A stretch of DNA of 64,000 nucleotides from the human T2T-CHM13v2.0 reference genome, Homo sapiens: the NCBI RefSeq assembly GCF_009914755.1, contig NC_060947.1; one strand, 5' to 3'. The notes beneath the pieces were generated by a model. The model ran no database searches. It saw nothing but the letters and a program-made list of their open reading frames with translations, and was not told the DNA's origin. The translations under genes were made by a program, and so were the position numbers. Each line of letters opens with the position of its first letter. The stretch's first letter is position 1. Positions 59,091 through 64,000 of this stretch are shown here, piece after piece.

Positions 59091-60439
59091 AGTATATACC
59101 CTGATAATCAAGGAGCTCATTCTATCCCCATTATATTAATGATTTCTACCACGTAATCTTGTAACTAAGTATCAAAACTCCATAGGAAAATACAATGTAG
59201 AATAATCTTAAAATAAATACAGTCAATGCAAATTTTTGGACATGATAGGTGTTATTAACCAACAAAGTAAAAAAACCCAGGATATTCCCCAAGGTAAGGT
59301 CATTGAGATTCTAAAACCACAGAAAACTTGGAAAAAAGCCAGCCAATCCTACTTTAGGATAAATTCAATTTAGGTAATTACAAGGACACAGCAAACTTTG
59401 TCCACAGTCACTAACACTGCAGCAAGTAACGGACTAAAAAGTTTGCAAATTCTCAGGTGCCCTATCAATTGCAGCTGAAGAGCTATAACAATAAAAGCGT
59501 TTTCTCCAGCTGTGGGCCTGAGGGTAAACAGGGTAGGTGATCCCTGATGAATCTGTGCTGCCAACTGCAAGAACAGAGGGTAACAGCTGCTATCAACACC
59601 ACACTCCCTAGCTTACCATAAAAGTAACAAATGAATTGTCATTTAAACAACAACAAAAAAATACCTTGAACACATATGGGCAAGAGCACTGCATTCACCT
59701 TCTGTAAACTGAACTACACAAAGAAAAACATGACTGGAAAGTGGACGATACAAGCAATTAGAATAGAAAGGTTTCTTTGCCTGTAAAGCTGAGTTACATT
59801 TTCTTTCCAATGAGAAGTGCTCGGGGGGAATTCTTAGAGGGTCACTGGTAAAGGGATACCTGTGTACTAAGTGAATGAGACAATATTCTCTGAATCTCAA
59901 ATCATATGTTTAATCAAAGACCCTGTTAGGTATGCGGCTGAGTAAATAGAGTAGTAACATATTGACAAAAAATGGATTTTTAATTGACTTCAGTAATCAG
60001 GGAACAGTGGCGTGAACAATCTCTGAATTATTTTATTATGATCTTGGAAGGCGTTTTTTCATTGACAATAACTAGAAAGGGAAAAAGAAACACCTTGGCA
60101 GAATCTGAAGGATTTCTAGTTTTGTATTCTGATCATTATCCAACTCACGTGTGGTACCCACGGCATGGCAAAAATTGCCAGTCTCTCTCCTCAGCAACTG
60201 GAACCCCACTCTGTCTCACACCTTCCTTGGGTGGATGGCAGAGTAAGGATAAGGTAACTATTGTGTTTACAATACCTTTTCTAATGTGTGAGGGGTAAGA
60301 AGACAGCTGACTCTGGTTCCTTGAATCTTTTCCTTCTTTCCTGTTTTTAATGGTTTCCAGATGCCAGGAAGATAGTTCAGAGATGAGGGAATCAGAGGAA
60401 TCCAGTGAAAAGCAGTGATACTTCAAGCCCCTTGAGATT

Positions 60440-60780
60440 TGTTCATCCATCCATCCATCCATCCATCCACCCATCCATCCATCCAACAAACTCAATGCAA
60501 ATATTGGATGCCTACTATGTGCCTGCTATGTGTTAAGCGCTGTGGAAACACTGATGCACAAAGAAAAACAGTGAGAGAGATACATGAGAGATATAAGAGA
60601 GATACATATACGTCCTTACAATACAACACTAGGGTGCCACAGTGGAGAGTGTAGGAGTGCCGTGGTAGCCGTGGGGAAGGACTGACCAAATATACCTGAG
60701 GAGTGGAGCTGGGGAGGCATCATGGTGGAAAAGAAGCTGGGCTCCTTCTTAGACAGTCCCCAACAAAATCAGCCAGACAA
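60440..60780 (-). mobile_element. L2 3' end with (ATCC)n-expanded tail
   Basis: (catc)n at about 60444-60485, then caaatattggatgcctactatgtgcc. Confidence 0.7.
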
Positions 60781-61699
60781 TGGAAAGTTTACTTCACAAT
60801 GATATTTTAAGGGGGTCTTGTCTCAGAAGTGCAACCAACAAACCCTTATCATCCTCGAGCCTCCATTAATAGGCTCTAAAATCTCAAACTCTAAAGTTTA
60901 GGAATATAGATGTATGTGAATTAATACAAAAGTCTGAACGCCTTAGCATGAAAAATTCCTACAACTACGTGGGCCTGGAATATTTGTGGAACACCTTATT
61001 AGATTCCAGAAACTGCACTAGGCATGCTGTCTTATTTGTTTAAAAGAGGGGCAAAGGCTTGGTTATAGTTCTTTAATGCATGTGAAATCTCTGAGATATA
61101 CACCGATAGATTTGGCAGACTTTCCATATCTACTTACACAATGAAATGTACTTTGGATTTAGGTTTTTCTCTCTAAAAATAAGATACTGTTTTAATTTGA
61201 AAAGTATATGTTAGTAAAGACAACAAAATATGTTTTTTTCCACTAAAATTGTCACTTTAAGGATGTTATGTTATACTGAGAGATCTAATCAGAAAGCCTT
61301 TTAACACAAGTATATTTTTTCCCCCACATGAATAAATTTTACTTTTTGTCCTTGAGAAGAAAGGCCAAGAAAACTTACCACTGATTAAGGAGAGGGGACT
61401 CAAATACATTGCATTTTCTTAAATAAGTCCCTTGGATTTATGGGCTGGTTCCATTACGGAGCCAAGGTAGTGCATTGTGTCATTATCACCTGACTTCTGC
61501 TTCTTCACTTTATAGAGAGTTAATTCAAAGACGACTACTGAAAAGAAGCCAATGAAACAATTTCAAAAGCATTTCCAAAACTTACTCTGGATTGTAAACA
61601 AATATAAGCCAACAAAAAATTAAAAGGCCATGCTTTGCAGTCTGGAGACCATAATTTACAGTGTTTATAAGATTTTTCTGCTTCAAAGTTCAAAATGAA

Positions 61700-61885
61700 G
61701 AGTAGTCAATTTATGAACCTCATTTAATCCTTTGAATAACCCCATGAAGTAGGAATTATCACTATTTTACAAGTGAGGAGAATGAGGCTCAGAAAGGTTT
61801 AAGAGAAGGTTGTAAGTGAAGCAGCCAAGACTGAACTGTAGGACTGATGGACTTCAAAAGCCATTGTTTTACCATTAAAACACAT
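61700..61885 (-). mobile_element. MIR
   Basis: ttttacaagtgaggagaatgaggctcagaaaggtttaag. Confidence 0.7.
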
Positions 61886-61892
61886 TACCTGT

Positions 61893-62679
61893 TGATATAA
61901 TTTCATTGTCTGTCCGCTCCAAATCTCATGTTGAAATCTAATCCCCAATGTTGGAGGTGAGGCCCGCTGGGAAGCGATTGGATCATGGGGATTGATATGG
62001 TTTGGCCGTTCCCCATCCAAATCTCATCTTTAACTGTAGCTCCTATAATCCCTATGTGTTGTGGGAGGGACCTGCTGGGAGGTAATTGAATCATTCAGGG
62101 TGGGTTTTGCTGTGCTGTTCTCGTGATAGTGAGTAAGTCTCACGAGATCTGATGGTTTTATTAAGGAGAGTTGCCCTGCACACACTCTCCTGCCTGCGCC
62201 ATTGAAGACATGCCTTTGTTGCTCCTTCGCCTTCCGCCATGATTGTGAGGCCTCCCCAGGCATGTGGAACGGTGAATCCATCAAACCTCGTTCGTTTATA
62301 AATGACCCAGGCTTGGGTATGTCCTTTTAGCAGCATGAAAACGGACGAATACAGGGCTGCATCCCTCATAGATGGCTTACCACCATCCCCATGGTAATGA
62401 GTACATTCTCACTGTAAGTTCACACAAGATCTGGTTGTTTTAAAAGAGTATGGCACTTCCTCTTGTCTCTCTCTTGCCCCCACTCTTGCCATGTGACATG
62501 CTGGCTCGTCCTTGCCTTCTGCCATGATTGTAAGCTCCCTGAAACCCTCACCAGGAGCAGATGCTGGCACCATGCTTCTTGTAATGTCTGCAGAACTATG
62601 AACCAATTAAACGTCTTTTCTTTATAGATTACCCAGCCTCAGGTATTTCCTTATAGCAACGCAAGAACGGCCTAACACG
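61893..62679 (+). mobile_element. MSTB-like LTR interrupted by THE1B
   Basis: TGATATAA...ctaacac; TSD cctgt/tctgt. Confidence 0.85.
61993..62353 (+). mobile_element. THE1B-like solo LTR nested in MSTB
   Basis: TGATATGGTTTGGC...GAATACA; TSD gggat/gggct. Confidence 0.9.
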
Positions 62680-63089
62680 TCTGTGATTAAACCCTTTTCT
62701 GTTTGATTTGACTATTAAAATACTACATTCTGTTGATGCTATGGAACTAGCTAAAAGACTGCTGAATCTGGAGTTTGGTAAAACTAAAAAATGACAGATT
62801 TATTAATTAACTTCACTACTGTTTGAGGAGTTAACAATACCAATCATAAGAGAAAAAAATGGAGCAAGCTCATCCTCTCGTTGGGCTCCATTCAAGTGTC
62901 AAGACAGGGAAGGATAAAATATTAAACCAAAATGAGAAGAAAAAAACAAAAAAATAGATTTCGTATGATTGGAGAAAACTTAATTACAGATACATATGGC
63001 CCTTTAAGAGAAGGCAACAGTTAAATCTTCTGTTTCATTTTGTTTCCTCTTTCTCCCAGAAAGGATGTTTGGGCCAGAAATATAATACT

Positions 63090-63300
63090 TTTATAATTTT
63101 AAAGCACTTTACAGCATGTTTTCACATAGATTATTGCATTTGATCTTCACACCTACTCTATGAAGTGAGATTTATCAGTGTTCCCATTTGATGTATGGGG
63201 ACACTGAGTTCAGAGCAGCTACACAACTTACTGAAGCATGTAAACTGTGCTTGACACAGCACTCAATGCCAAGTTTTCTGATCTGAAGTCCTTCTTTCCG
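63090..63300 (-). mobile_element. MIR
   Basis: aaagcactttac...catttgatcttcac...cccatttg...gacactgag. Confidence 0.6.
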
Positions 63301-63804
63301 ACAAAACACTGCTTCTCCTTCCTGCTTTGAGCCAAAGAGAAACAACATAAAAAAGAGATGAGAAACAAAGAAAATCATATAAATTATAAGACAAATCACA
63401 TATAAGCTGAGTTCAGCTCACGTCCAAAAGCATTTGGCATTAAATTAGCATTCAAGCTAATTTCTAAAATATAAGTCTCCTATCAGAGTCTATGTATACA
63501 ATCATAATTTAAAAAAATAAGGCATTTGGGGGTTAAAAATCAAGTGGGAAAAATATTTCATTTCATCTTATAATACACCTTATACTTTAAACTCCATTTT
63601 CTGCTTCTACATTGTTTGGTATTTGATTTAATAAACTATTAGGCCTGTAGCAGATTCTCAGTAAGTGTGTCCACTGAGAATTTTTAGCATGAAAAGGCCC
63701 GCATATGAATTTTATCATTATATTTAAGCAAACATGGATCTATACTATCAAATTTTGCTGATTTGTTTTAAAATGGTGGAATAAAATGCTGGAATCTTGG
63801 CTCA

Positions 63805-64000
63805 GCTTTTACAGAGTGAACCAATATTCATCTTGCATATGTTGATTGATGTCTCATGTTTCCCTAGAATGTATAAAAACAAACTGTGCTCTGATCACCT
63901 TGGGCACAGGTCGCCAGGACCTCCTGAGGTTGTGTCACAGGCAAGCGTCCTCAACCTTGGCAAAATAAACGTTCTAAATTAACTGAGACCTGTCTCAGAT
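63805..64000 (+). mobile_element. MER4/LTR8-like ERV1 LTR 3' part (runs off window)
   Basis: gattgatgtctcatgt...caccttgggcaca...ggacctcctgagg...ttggcaaaataaac...gagacctgtctcagat. Confidence 0.8.

Overview
AT-rich, CpG-poor primate (human-like) intergenic or intronic DNA dominated by interspersed repeats: Alu, L1, L2, L3/CR1, MIR, MaLR and ERVL LTRs, a near full-length Tigger1 and MER MITEs. I see no intact protein-coding gene, RNA gene or CRISPR array, and no new multi-gene system. The only gene-derived sequence I recognise is a processed pseudogene of PDCL2 (27871-28535). It appears to be a retrocopy of a non-canonical isoform: coding sequence to about codon 121 is joined exactly at the classic cryptic acceptor of an antisense AluJ, which also supplies an in-frame stop and a candidate poly(A) signal, all inside one TSD pair. 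Other notable structures are a multi-template complex insertion (21.4-22.7 kb), a tailless 76-nt Alu with a perfect TSD next to an inverted Alu, and an L1PA with an apparent two-step 3' transduction. There is also a twin-primed L1MA, a decayed ERVL-class pol (RT/RNase H motifs) largely missed by the ORF track, and a TAATC/DUX4-motif cluster. Repeat subfamily names come from recalled consensus features and need RepeatMasker/Dfam confirmation; boundaries of old repeats are approximate.
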